From Camelus ferus (taxonomy: Eukaryota), in NCBI RefSeq assembly GCF_009834535.1, contig NC_045696.1:45138001-45202000 (forward strand): DNA of 64,000 bases. Reading direction: 5' to 3'. A program made the translations under genes and the position numbers. The first letter of the stretch is position 1. The number at the start of each line of letters is the position of its first letter. The notes beneath the pieces were generated by a model. That model was not told where the DNA came from. It saw only the letters and a program-made list of their open reading frames with translations, and did no database searches. Positions 39,201 through 52,610 of the stretch are shown here, in pieces.

Positions 39201-40034
39201 GACTTACACTGATCTGCATCTCTTTCTTCTCCTGCTCGATGTCAATATGCTCAAGGTTGCTAAGCATGTGTGACCTTTCCTCTTGAGTCCTCTGTGTGCA
39301 GCTTACTGAGAGGCAGCTGACAGAGCATGTGCTGCTTTGCAGACCCAACTCTCTCCAAATGTAAGTCCCAATGCCCAGACATGTGAAGTCATCCCACTTT
39401 GGTTTCAAGGGCAGGAGATGGTTTCTAATCTAACTTTATCAGATATAAGTCAGTAAGACATTTTCATACACACCTGACCTTTCTGTTTATTTCTCAATGA
39501 CTACAGGATCTATCTGTGTGGGGTGAGAATACCAGTCTCAAAACGAAACAACACTTAATAAACCTCATCAATGCACATATTTACATGTGGTAGAACAATC
39601 TTTTGGCTTCCCAGATGGTAGAGTCACCATATTGGTGGTTCCACCAGTACTGGAACCAGAGTAACTAGGGATTACTTTAATGAATCGGTGGGTGGTATTC
39701 TGTGGAAATAGGATAATTAGATTCTATTCCCAAGAACTCTATTCATAAATAGAAATCAGAGCTCAGCTCTTCTCCCTCATCACCAGACAGCTGGAAATCC
39801 CTTAGACAAGCCAGCTAAGTCACTTCCTATGGTTCATTTCGCAGTCAAGACTTAGCTTTTGCTTTTATGAAGGTTCAGCTGGCTCCTGCATTTCACTGCT
39901 AAAGCTGGATTTTAGTAAGTTCTGACCTACTCTCATGTAGCATCTTCTTCCTTCACACAGGCCAGACACCTCCAAATAACTGGGATAGTAGAAAAAAAGC
40001 AGGATAATATCTCTTGATCTGAACAGCCTCTTCA

Positions 40035-40131
40035 ATGGGGTGGGTATAGCTCAGTGGTAGAGCACATGCCTAGCATGCATGAGGTCCTGGGTTCAGTCCC
40101 CAGTACCTCCATATAAATAAACAAACAAACA
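40035..40131 (+). mobile_element. tRNA-derived SINE, camelid Vic-1 type (short form)
   Basis: ggggtgggtatagctcagtggtagagcacatgcctagcatgcatgaggtcctgggttcagtccccagtacctcc + (A-rich/CAAA)n tail; A and B boxes; TSD aacag(cc/gt)tcttca. Confidence 0.9.
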
Positions 40132-42110
40132 AACAGGTTCTTCACTTCACTTTTCTGATTTAGGACAAAGATAAGGACCCAGAGGGAAGTTTACTTGTTT
40201 TTCTCCTCCATCTTAAGGAATGGTTTGGGCAGTTAGTTGGTCCCTGTCTCTTTATTTCATGGTAAAAATCCTTTCCCTACGAGAATTCAAAATTTATAGT
40301 GTAAATATGGAAAAATACACTCTAGAAGAATATATCCAGGGATAGGTTGTGCTAAAGTTTCCTGATAAAAAGTGAGTGAAGATTAGCGAACAAAAGTTTT
40401 AGAAAAGTAAGCACTAGAAGAGACTGCTGTTAATTTGATTATGGGGGTTCAGGGGAGTAAGTTAGGAAGTATGGGGGAGGTTCCCGTGAGTGGACTCCTT
40501 TGTGAAGAGCTCAACTCTTATGTTTTTACATTGGAAACTGAGAATATACTATTCACATAAAGCTTTACTTTCTCTCTTTTGTTTAGTTCTCATCTTAAAT
40601 TGCACTGACTTCAGTAAAGAAAATCATATATAGCTACATGGATAGTGTGATGGTGTTGAAGGGGCTAAAGGGACGAGGTGCTAAAGAGGAACAAAAACCT
40701 GCTTTACCCTCTTGAGAGAAAGCAGCCCCCCGTGCAGACACCGAACATCATCTCAGGAGGAGTGTGACCTCAGTTCCTTCCATTTTGATCATTTAGACAG
40801 ATGTGGCTTTTCTCTGAAAGACAGGGCATGATGTGTCTTGTTTGTCTCATAGATAAATAGAAATGTAAGTCAGAAAGTCTAATGATGAATTTCAGAAAAG
40901 AAAACTGAGGTTAATTTTCAGGTGAAATATTGACTTGAATGAAAACACAAGAAAAACACAGTCTTCTTTCACAATTGAGAAAGAGCTAACTATAATACAA
41001 CATGGAACCACAGAACTTAGAGCCAGAGAAAGCTTTAGAAATTATTTGGTTCTCACTCCCAGTTTTGAACCTGAGTGTTTAAAGAGGTTAAAATCTTGTC
41101 TTAAGATCACATAGTAGGTGACGGGGAGTAGGGATATAATGAAGCCTGGAAACCAGTCCTCCTGTCTGTGATCTGTGCCCCTCATACACCCCCCGCGCCT
41201 ATTCTCAAACGGCCCCGATTAGCTGCGATGAGAACCAATCCATGCCTCAGATCAGCAGCATCCAAGAATGATCAGTTTCCTAGTCAACTGTGCCTGATGA
41301 GCTCTATGACCTGGATTTCTCCTGCAACGTCTCAATTTTCCCTTGCCTGGTTATTTTTATGACCTATTTAATAAGTCATAAAATTTATAGACTAAATTAA
41401 AAAGACTATAACTTGTAAGGCTATATTACGAGGATAATGTCATTGGTAAGGAATTGTAATTAGACTATTACTTTTTAAATGTCGTAGATATCTGTAAGTT
41501 CTGCTCGGGGGAGTTGGTTTGAACTAGATACACAGGAATTAGCCATATAATAATTTCTCTCTTTAGCAAAACCATTTTCCTAGTTCTTCAAAATGACTCT
41601 TGCTTCAGAAATGAACACACATCCAAAACCAGTATACAAACCTAATGGCCTCTGTGATAATATTGCAAAATCTCATCTGACCTGCCCAAATATGTATTTT
41701 TAGACAATTCTAAAAATGATTCCTTCCCATGGGATACATATTTCTATTCCTTTTCTGTGAATGAATGTGTTCCCCACTCCCTCACCCTTCATTTACAGGA
41801 AGAGGAAGAAACATTGGAATTACTAAATGGAGCATGACTTTTTTCCAGACAGCAGGCCCAGCCATGAGAATTAGAACGTCACTTAGCAACTAGATCCCTT
41901 TTCTGTCCTCAGAGATGATGACACTTCAGGAAAGACCTTACCTCCACGCACTTCCCGAAGCCTTATAAGGTCAGGAGTGTTTGCTGAGAAACGTTTATTT
42001 TCCTCTGCTCAATTTAAAGGCATCGCAATTTGTGTTTTCAGAGAGGTTTCAGTTCCACAAAATAATTCTGGTAAAGAGACTTTGGATCTAAAGTTTGTCA
42101 TGTTAAAAAC

Positions 42111-42290
42111 TACTAAAATCTGTTCATTGTAATTTGCTCCAATTTAAAGTATTATTATGAGAGTGTGGCTCTTTGTGTGTGTGTGTGTGTGTATATGGGT
42201 GTTTACTAAAGTCAGTTTATTGTAATTTGCTCCAATTTAAAATAATTGTCATGAGAAAATGGCTTTTATTTTTGTGTCTGTGTTCATCAT
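42111..42290 (+). repeat. Diverged 2-copy tandem duplication, period 93 bp
   Basis: attgtaatttgctccaatttaaa identical at 42126 and 42219, with similar flanks. Confidence 0.85.
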
Positions 42291-43634
42291 TGTTTTAATC
42301 CTTTTCATATTGTTTCCTCCTAAGTATATAAAAGTTAATCAAAGACAATTTTTTTTTAGCTTAACTGGCAAAAATGGAGAATAAAATTGCAAATTTTAAA
42401 ACATAGTAAATATTCAGAGTAAACTTTTAGGAAAAAAACGTTCAGCTCATCTCATCAGTAAACTATCTGCTTACATTAAAAATAAAATACCAGGAAACCC
42501 TGTCTGTTAATATGACTTGATTGTACCTTTAAGATCCCTCCTAGTAACTCTGCCTGCCTAGTTCTTTCATTTCTTTCATAATAAAAGCCAAATCCTCACC
42601 AATTACTCTTGGTAGCAGAAGAAAGTCACTGGGGGGCAATATCCTGAAGATACTGGAATTTACTTGGGAAGACAAATATAGAAAGCAAATTAGTGGTTGA
42701 TAAATATTGAGAGGTCTTTAATGACTGAAATCTCATGTACTTAAATGTTACAACGCAGAGGCAAGCTGCTGGAAGGCCAGTTGCTGGAAGGATTTGTTGA
42801 GCTCTTATCATTTGACGTCATGAAAGTCTTTGGAAACGTTAAAACATAAAAGTCACCACTTCACTTCCTTCTGAGAGATTCTAAATGCCACTGAAAGTTC
42901 AGAGTACTAAAATGCCCTGATCTCTCAAAGATCTCCACTTTTGGAATACGAATCCAGGATGTTTTAAATGTTACCCAGTTAGATTGACAGAAATAATCCT
43001 CAGGTCTTAGAATGCTCTTGATCTTAAACTCATTTATTAAACTCTGTCAAGTTAGAGAAACTGTTATTATAAAACAGCAGAGAAACTGACTGCCTACTGA
43101 CAAATAATGACAGTTGCGCTTAATGATTGAAGCTTTGATAAAACTGAGTGGTTTTCCATTTTAAAGCAAAAAATTAGAAAGGAATCTCAGTCTCTTTTTG
43201 GAGATAAGCTAATGTAAAAGGTAATTTCTATTTCCTTAGACAACACAATATTTTAGTAGTTAAAATAATATGACTCTCTGGTTATTGAATGGTGCTGTTC
43301 TGCTGGTGCTGCTAGAGACAGTCTTATGATGTGTGGAACTGGAACTGAAAGTGTGGGTGGCCTCATTCAGCTGTTAAATTCAAGTAGTAGAGTTTTGTTG
43401 ATTTGACAGCACTCAAAGTACATAACTTGTCTTTAAACCAGGTCCTGCCCCTACCAAACATTATCTGCTCACAAAGTTCCTTTCTTGGCTAATTAGGCTT
43501 TTTGGGGTGGGGGGGATAAGGGATATCCAAGATTGTGTCATTGAAATGGACCTCCCAGTTTCTACCCATATTATGCCAGTAGCAGGGTTTTCCCCTACTG
43601 TACATCTAATATATATCACATCTATAGAATCTAA

Positions 43635-43775
43635 GAGAGAAATGAGCAAATGCAGTTGGAAAAATAGCGCCGATAGACTTACTTGATGCCAGGTTGACGC
43701 AAAATTTCAATTTATTAAAAACACACTTTCTGCAAAGTGCAGTAAGTCAAAGTGTAATGAAAGAAGGTTTGCCTG
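43635..43775 (-). mobile_element. Tigger1-like DNA transposon terminal fragment
   Basis: ttggaaaaatagcgccgatagacttacttgatgccaggttg...tctgcaaagtgcagtaa...gcctg|ta; TIR end followed by TA. Confidence 0.8.
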
Positions 43776-44221
43776 TACATGCCATCAAACTGTAAGGCAG
43801 GGAAACTTAAGGAAATTAAAAATAAAAATCAGAAATTTTCTTGCATAAGAAGCTGGTTGCAGAAAGAATTTACAATAGGTTAATAATGAACTTTCAGTTT
43901 CTATTTTTATCATGCATTATTTCACTCGAAACATTATTTTGTCAATCATAATTTTTCATTATCATAAAAATTTAATAATTTTGAACAATTTCATAGCATC
44001 ATTTTATATTTCTAGACATTAGGACAAGGAGCTCTTCTAAGAGAAAAGCATCAAGGTTCTACATCAATTTATTAAAATTAACTTTTATGATCATCAGTAG
44101 GAGAAAGTCAAATAATAATAGCTCTCACAAAAAAATATAGCGGTAGCTGGGTTTAGAGTAAGATATTCACAAAGGAGTTTTTAGGTTAAATTTTATATAC
44201 CAACATTATTCTTCACAGAAT

Positions 44222-46430
44222 ATTCATTCATTCATTTAAAGATTATTCACTAAGGGTCTATTATGCATCATGCTAGGTAATGGGAAGCTATGGTTATTGC
44301 CCTCGAACATGGCATGATCCAATGAGGAGATAAACACAGAAAAATAAGCACAGTGATTTGAGTACTTGTGAGGAGAGTCTAACTTGGATTCATGATGATA
44401 GGGAACAGAGGAGGGAAATCTTCCCAGAGGGGGCTTCTTAATTGACGAGAAGGAATTGGTCAGATAAAAAATGGATAGGAATTTGAGTCCAGGAACAGAG
44501 TCAACAACAAAGGTAGGGAGGCTTAAAACAGACGGTATCTAGGGAACTTCACTAACGTCACTAAAGCATAAGGTAGAAGATCAAAAATGGCAATGGACGT
44601 CTAGAGGCGTGGGTAGAAGGCAGATTGTGGAGGCTCTTCTATATCATGTTTGGGATCTTGGTCCAGGATTATAAGGATTATATGGAGAATGAATCTGAAA
44701 TGGTTAGCTTGGAGCTAATTGAGATGCTGCTAAAATAATCCACTTTAAAGATAAAACAGTAATAGTGGAAAGAAGAGGATTAGATATATTTGAGAAATAC
44801 TTTTTGGGTAAAATCAGCAGGATATTTATTGAATGGGTTAAAAAGAAGGGTGAAGGAATAATTAAGAATAAATATAGTGCAGGTGACTAGGCAGACAGTG
44901 AAGCCCCTAACTTGTATAAAAGATCCTAGAGAAGTAGGTTTAGAGAGGAAGAGGATGGATTGATGCATTTTAATTTTAAAGAGGGCTTCAGGCCATTCAA
45001 ATGGCAGCATCTGGCAGACCTTAGTATGCACAAGGTCAAAACTCAAACGAGATTTTTAACAGGATTTATCAACTGAGGAATCATTTTTATATAGCCGGTA
45101 GTTAAAATAGTAAGTGTGGGCTGAGATCTCCCAGTGAAAGTGTATGGAATAAGACCAGTGGACCAACATACGATTTAGAAAGTTTAAAGCGATCAGAGTA
45201 GAAGTCCAACAAGGAGACAGAACAGAATTGACTACAAGGTATTAGGAAATTTAAGCTGGAGACTAAGTGACTAAAGCCTGGTAAGTAGAAAGTTTTCTGT
45301 GTGTCTAGGAAGAACAACAGAATAATTATCAATTTTGTTTGCTACAGAAAAGTCCAGGACAATAAGGAATAATATTTACCTATAAACACTGTGATGAGCA
45401 AGTCATTAGCATCTTAGTGAGACTGTCCAGGGCTGTGATGGGGAAGAATCCTTATTACTGTTCGTTAGGGATGATACACATGAATGACAGAGTAGAGGCA
45501 GAACTATAAAATAATCTTTTGAGAAGCTGGGATTAGAAAAGACTGAGACAGATTAGATGGTTCTTAGAAGGAAATCTTACCATTAAAGAGAAGTCTGTTT
45601 GATTATAATGGAGAAGACGTGAGCATATTTAACAGTCCAGAGATAAGAGCAAGTCAAGAGGGAGAGGTTGAAAATTCAGAGGTAAGATGTAAGATAATCG
45701 CTAATGAAAAGAGCAAGATTCCAGAGGAATCGAGATGGTATAGGCTTATTGGTTTAAAACAGGTGGTAGGTGGGAAGTCAATGAATTATTAGATAAAGAA
45801 AAATGAACCTGGGTTTTTATACAGACAAAGTTACGAATTTGGAGCCTGGAAGCAGAGATTGATCATATGTGAAAGCTTCATAAGTATCATGCAGTTGGAG
45901 ATAAGGTCTTCTGGCAAGAGGGTGGTGGGAGTTGATCAGGGAATTTAAGAAGAGAGATTGGAATCTGGAAGAATCATTGACAGAAATGGAAGAAATTGAC
46001 AAAGGACGAAGAAACATATTAACTATTAGTGCAGAGAAGCAAGCTGAGATTTAAAACTGTGTACCAGAGATGATCACAGTGTGCTTGGTTGGGTAGTTTT
46101 CTGCACAGGTGCACAGGGGATAAGAGCACAGATGACATATCTTAGTATGAATGCAGTTTTGGGTTTTTTGAGTGAAGAAAGCAGAGAAGGAAGAATGTGA
46201 GGAAACTTGAGGGTGATCTAAGAGTCATTTAGATAATCAGATAGAGAGTTGGAGAGTAAAGAATTCAGAGATTGTAGGAGAGGCCTGATTGAAGGAGAGA
46301 AAATAGAGGGAAATAAGAAAGTAGGAGAAACAAAACTGTTAAGAGACAGATGGAAATAAAGAAGAGAGGGGCCTAAAAAGAACAGAGGTTGTGGCCAGGG
46401 ATTAGAACTCAAGGGAAATTATTGAACAGG
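44222..46430 (-). mobile_element. Long degenerate L2
   Basis: Begins attcattcattcatt (antisense L2 tail), followed by ~2 kb of strongly purine-biased degenerate L2-like sequence; right end approximate. Confidence 0.6.
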
Positions 46431-47475
46431 CCATGACTGAGATGTCATTCAGCCAAGACCATAATACTATCTAGCATTTACCTTAATGTTTATGTCTCTA
46501 GGGTGTTCTCTTTAGTTACTTCTCACTTAATTTTTGTTCTACTGAAAGGAAAAGTAAGTATTATTTTACCAAGAAGAAGACTGAGGTAGTGTGGGCTGTT
46601 AAGAGGCTTACTGAAGATGATCAGCAGTGAATAAAGAAACAAAACTACGTCAAGGCGTTGGTTGGGAAACTAGGCTAAAAAGTGTCACTGAAACACTTCA
46701 ATGAATAAAGTCTTATAATTTTTTCTTCTTTGTTTAAGAGACATAGGTTTTTTTCACTAAACATAGCTGTGGAACTGTATACCTGACCAAAGAAGTCTGA
46801 AAGAGAAGCACAAGTAAAGATGTCCACGCTCTGTTTGGTGAGGCACTCGGAAGAAACACCAGCACCTGCCCAAAGTTAGGAAGAAAGAAGAAAATGGAGA
46901 GAGAGAGAAAGAAGAAAGAAAGGCAATTTAAATTTCTAATGAAGTCTATCTAAATACAACAAAAGAGGAAGCTGAATTATGCTGCAGGATTTCTTTCATA
47001 TCACAGCCCAAACCTTCTGGAATTCTCTGCCTCACTATCTTAATATCTTACGAATCCTCTTCTGTCTCTCTTCTCTATCCAAACTTAAACAAAACAAACA
47101 AACAAACAAAAAAACCCCAGCTTTCTCTGAAACACAGACCACAATGGCTAATATCTTTCTCTTCCTTCCCCACTCAGCCTCCATTCTCTTCTCTACCAGC
47201 AACTCTCAGCATCCCCTTCAATGAAATTCATCTTATTGGGCTGAACAGAAGTGAGGGGGAAAATGGAGGAGCTGAAAATTGAGTAATACATTAATATGTA
47301 TTTTTTCTGTCGGCTACACTGTTGCTAAGATATCACAAGGAACAGCGCTAAGATATGCAAATGTTGTTATCCTATGTTTGCAGAGTCATCTAGGAAATAA
47401 AGCAGCAGATGGAGAGAAATGCTGTTGGACTTTTTAAAAGAAAGCCTGTCTATATGTCACTCTGTTCCCTGTCTG

Positions 47476-47705
47476 CGGTAGCATATAATGGAAGCTTGGG
47501 CTGCTTGGGTTTAAATCCTCGCTCTTCCACTTACGAGGTGTATGCCTGTAAGCAAGTTATTTAGGAAATTAGATATATCTACATTTCCTCATTTTGCTAT
47601 GAGGGTGATGATAATGGCATTGAACTCACAGAGTTATTATGAGGATTAAAAGAGATAATGTTGGTAATACAAAGTAAGTCCTCAATAAATGTTAATCATT
47701 ATTAC
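47476..47705 (+). mobile_element. MIR SINE
   Basis: ctgcttgggtttaaatcctcgctcttccacttac...gcaagttattta...tttcctcatt...gttattatgaggattaaa...ctcaataaatgtta. Confidence 0.85.
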
Positions 47706-48279
47706 TCTGACTACTAATACAGAGAAGAGAAGAAAAAGGAGGTCACAAAGAGAATTTAAACATGTGTCAGTTTATTTTAGAAATAGTTTGTGAAATACAA
47801 AGTTACTAGAATTTTTCATTACACTTAAGTACTCACAGCTAGATCAGCAAAACTTCAAGGGCATTTGATGATAGGTTTTCTGGATATAAGATGGCTGTTT
47901 TGTGGCTCTAGTCCACAGTGAACAGTCATTATTACATTTTCTATAGTACACATTATGGAAAGTAATGTTTCTTGAAATTTTCTATTGTGGTGGTGACTAC
48001 AGAAGCATACATGAAATATGCGTGTATTTCTGGAGGAGGGAGCATTATTGATTATCATAGAGAGACCTTTCATCTTATCTGATGACGTGGTAGACCACAG
48101 CATTCATAATATGACAAGTTTAATGATAATTGTGAAGCTAATACTTTATAATACTCTTCACTTTTTGTGAAGATAATAACATAATTGCAAATACATGTAA
48201 CAAATATCTCTGGAATACTTGTAAGAAGTGTACTGCACCCTTTCAGATGATAAGTTGATTTTTAGATGTGACTAATAAT

Positions 48280-48430
48280 AGTAGCTGATATTTATTTTAC
48301 AGCAGTATCCTAAGATCTTTTCATGTAGTAATTAATTTCATACTCACAACAACTAGAGAGGTATGTTCTATTTTTCTTATCACTTTACAGATGAAGAAAC
48401 TGAGTGTTGAGTAAAAGTCATATAGACAGT
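48280..48430 (-). mobile_element. MIR fragment
   Basis: ctcacaacaac...gaggta...cactttacagatgaagaaactgag. Confidence 0.7.
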
Positions 48431-49599
48431 AAACAGCGTAGCGAAACCCAACCAACCCTACATGACCTTGCAAAAATCCTACACATGGTTCATTATGCAG
48501 ATTTTTAAATAACACATGAATTAGATCTTACTTTACCAAGGACTAGAATAAAATTTTAATAGTTCAACTCAAATACTTTAAAAAAACATTCATAGTTGGT
48601 GTTTCTGTGTACTTAATGTAATTATATTTGCAATCCAGGCTTCCATGATTTGCATTTGCCATTCATTAGAAGTTAATTTTCAGAAGCACTTCTAGAGAGA
48701 ATTGCCATTTAAAAACCTAACATTGAAAAAAGTAAAATCTAATTTACAGAAATTTACTGTTCTAAACAGTACTAGCCTTGGGCAGTAATCACAACACACT
48801 CTTAACTTGAAAGGTTAATTTAGGCTTTAAGGGAAAAATAAAATGACCATTGTTTATGATTATTAATTTGACAAAAGTTTTGAGAAATTGGTTTCATCAT
48901 AAGCCAGAGAACAAACTGATTTATAGAGATAGATTGCCTTCATTTAATACATAAAAGAAAAAACCATGTGTGTAGTTTTTTTTTTCTTTTTTAAAACACA
49001 ATCTTTCAGAAGGCTTAAATTTACAGAGGAACCCTGATGAGTAGCATGTGTTCAATATATAAAGCCGGACTTGGAAAATTATACTACAGACACGAATTCT
49101 TTCATATGAAGTGAGAGCTGTGTATATTATCTTTGGTATTATTTTCATGAATAGACGCAGAAGCATGCTTACATTAGTTGTTAACTGATTAAAAAGGGCC
49201 TATTATAGACTATTACAGAGATAGCAAAAACAGAAAGAGCGGAAGCAATATTCCAGGTTCAATATTTTAATGGAAAAACTGGTTCCTCGTGTCTACATGA
49301 TAAACACCTAACTTCTTACTCTGCGTGAAGCTGGGCCTTTTCTACATGAATTACCTGTCTGCTCCACAGCTGTTTCCCCTTTTCAGGAATAATAAACCCT
49401 AGTAAGTAGTTCCTGGTACCCATAATGTGTTTCATGGAAAGTCTATACTTTTCACTAACTCTTGGTAAAATCCTGATTCAAGACCTGGTTTAAGAGGCTC
49501 CTTCTTTTAAAACTTCCCTTAAGTTGTTCAAGCAGAGTAGGTCTTTTTATTTCTTGGGCCAATTTTACAAACAGTCTATGCCACTATTATTATATTTTC

Positions 49600-49601
49600 A
49601 T

Positions 49602-49635
<34 letters not shown>

Positions 49636-49662
49636 GTGCGTGTGTGTGTGTGTGTATGTGTA
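49600..49662 (+). repeat. Compound (TA)n(TG)n microsatellite
   Basis: Directly visible. Confidence 0.9.
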
Positions 49663-52173
49663 TAGATACACATTCCTTGATGTTAAAACTATGTTTTATT
49701 TGTCTTTGATGTCAAAACTTAAGTTGTCTTTGTCTCTAAGCCTCAAGCAGAACATATGAGACAAAACAGTATCTCAATTTATCCTTGCTGAATTAATTAT
49801 TAGAGACATTTCCTTTGGAATAAAAATAATTAAGCAATTCTAGTCATCACCTTCCGGCCATTCTCAGAGGAATTGCCACAGAGGAGAAAAACCACTGGGT
49901 CAAGTTCAGAATCCTGGCTCCCTGTCTTGGCTCTCCCACTAACTTCCTCCTTGGCCTTAGTATCGACATGAAAAGATCCTAAATGATAACTAAATCTTCC
50001 ACAAAATAAGGATTTGATTGCTTTGCAGCTTTACATGTAGATGATTCTTGGTCCCAATGAACAACAAAATACAGAAATTAATTAATTCAATAATGACCAA
50101 GCAGTTTCCAGGAAGAATTAATTGTGAATGGAAACTTAAAAAGCATATAATAAGGATTTATCCAATTTTAGGACTTCAGAAGTTAAAAGAATTAAACATA
50201 ACACTTTAAATGTTTAGCTAGTGATCCTATATAAAATTTCTTAAAAATTTACTGAGTTTGTATACTCTCTTTAAAGTCTCATGTTATGAAATAAGATAAA
50301 TTCTGTCATTTAATCTTTCTTATGTAAATTTTAATTGGTATGAGTTGATAAGACGTGATATCAAACGTTAAGATCCTTGACCCCAAACAAAGTACTTTTA
50401 CAAGTATTTCCATTTATTATTGTTGGCTTTGACTATTTCCCTTAAATATAGTACCTCTTCCATGCTTGTGTTCTGAACTAACGGAGTTAAAGAGTAAAGC
50501 AGATGAATAAGAACTAACAATAATGTCACTAATAACTTTTGAGTAATGTAGTTTTAGTCTGTTACTGTCAGACAAGTAGATTTTGTGCACACAGCTCTTC
50601 AGAATTAATCAAACATACCAACCAAGAGATAGAAAGTACTGGGAATCTGCAGGCCTTCCCTTTAAAGAGAATGAGGAAGGAAGGGAGAGCCATTTCATGC
50701 CCTACTTCTCCTCCCAAGGGTATGGCACTTCTTATCCCCTGGGGAGGAGTGAATAAGAGGATGGAGAGAAGCCACAGGTGTCATGTTAACTGTTACATCT
50801 TCACATGGAAGAAGGTATCAGTAGTTGGAAATCAGTGTTGGCCCAAATACCATCACCCATAACCTCCAGGTACGTGCTTGAGGAAGAGTTTACACTAACT
50901 GTCAAAAGAGATAATTCAGAGACCTTATGAAGATGCTTTGAGTGAAAATAGATTATTGTGAAGTATTTACAACTGGATGAGTCATTAGAGGCAGCTTTCT
51001 TTCTTTGCCTTTTGCTCCTCAGTTTCTTGGTTACCCCGGCACAAAGCCCTCAAAAGGACACTAGCAGATGACACAGTGGCAGCGATAAAAGCAACTTACA
51101 GCTCATGAGCCGTGGGCTCTTTCTCTTTTCCAGCTGATTTTCTTTAAAATTCTCCAATTTTCTGACCACATTCATGGGAACTCTTGGAGGGTAAGATGTA
51201 AATAAAGATTTTCAAACCAGCAGCTCACAGATCAGCTACGAGCATGTTTTTGCTTGTATGTTTGTTTGAATCTTCACTGTGTGTTTTATTTCAATTATAT
51301 TTATTCATTTACTTTTGGATCTTAGGTACAGAGAGCTGGATAATCACACTCCTCAGTCCACAGCATGTTATTATCATATGTCCATGGAGTACTCCTGTTT
51401 TTTTTTTGTTGTTGTTAAAAAAGGTATTTCTCTCTCATTTCTCATAGTCAGTCTTGTCTCCCATGACACATCTAATGTGTTTGATTTATGTCATTCAACG
51501 GACATATCTTACAGAATATTTTGTGTTGTTTTTTACATAAACATTTTAAATTTATATAAATGATGTAACGCTGGAAATCTCATTCAGTTTCTTTTTTCTC
51601 AATGCAATGTGCCATAAACTATTTTCATAAAAGTTGAATCAGTTCCCAACATTCACAGATTAAAAGATTTTACATACAAACGCAGACTGTTGGTTTCTCT
51701 TCAAGTCTGTATTCCTGCACGGCAAACAATTGTGGGCGCTGCATTGACTCCTGCCCTTAGCAGGGACATAAGCTTTCTCTTTTTCCATTAGACACCAGTC
51801 ACTCATCACCTGTTCTCCGTGAGTATTTCGGTTTGCAGCCCCCAGAAGCTCTGGAATGTGAACATGGCTCAAGGGACACTGTGGCCTGTTAAACTCATGT
51901 TTTCCTTCTTTTCCCTTGTTCCTAAGTCTCCAGTTTAACTTCTAACGACCAGTATCTTTTTCTCGATTATTTTCTCCAAGGACAAAAAGGCACTATAAGA
52001 TTCCTTTCCATTTTCACATTTGTCTGTTATTCAGCCCTTCCTTTCCATTGGGCCCTTCTTCTGTGTTCTATGTAGACATCCATTCCTTTATCTTTACTTT
52101 TACTCAAATGTGTGCACTTTGTCCTCATTTATGAGATGCCAACTCCATCTGTAAACATCATTTCCCATATTTC

Positions 52174-52308
52174 TTTTCTTTTTTGTAGGAGGAGATAACT
52201 AGGTTTATTTATTTACTCATTTTTTAAAATGGAGGTACTGGGGATTGAACCCAGGACCTCACGCATGCTAAGCAAGCACTTTACCACTGAGCTATACCCT
52301 CTCCCCAC
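52174..52308 (-). mobile_element. tRNA-derived SINE, camelid Vic-1 type (long form)
   Basis: Antisense ggaggtactggggattgaacccaggacctcacgcatgctaagcaagcactttaccactgagctataccc; 16-bp TSD tcatttcc(c/t)a(t/c)atttc at 52158-52173 / 52309-52324. Confidence 0.92.
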
Positions 52309-52457
52309 TCATTTCCTACATTTCCGTTACAGCCCTGCTATTTTTCATTCTTCCATCATCTTGTACGTTATTCCCTGCTTCATTACTGTTTCTAAAACCA
52401 GAATCTTCTACACCCTCATGTCTCCTCTTTTGAAATACTGTGTATGTTCCACTTTTA

Positions 52458-52610
52458 CCATTCATTCATTCATTCCTTCAGTCAGTCAACAAATACTTAG
52501 TGAGCTACTATCAGGTGCTAGAAACACTGGTCTCGTTTCTGAGAATACAAAAATAAACAAAAAACAAATAAAAAGAATTATTATTTCCATCTTCATGGCT
52601 TATAGAAGAC
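52458..52610 (-). mobile_element. L2 3' end
   Basis: cattcattcattcattcc...caacaaatacttagtgagctacta...aggtgcta. Confidence 0.75.

Noticed and set aside
40037..40110. tRNA-Ala gene (also 52230-52306)
   Set aside because: A-rich tail, TSDs and a poorly pairing acceptor stem indicate SINE copies.
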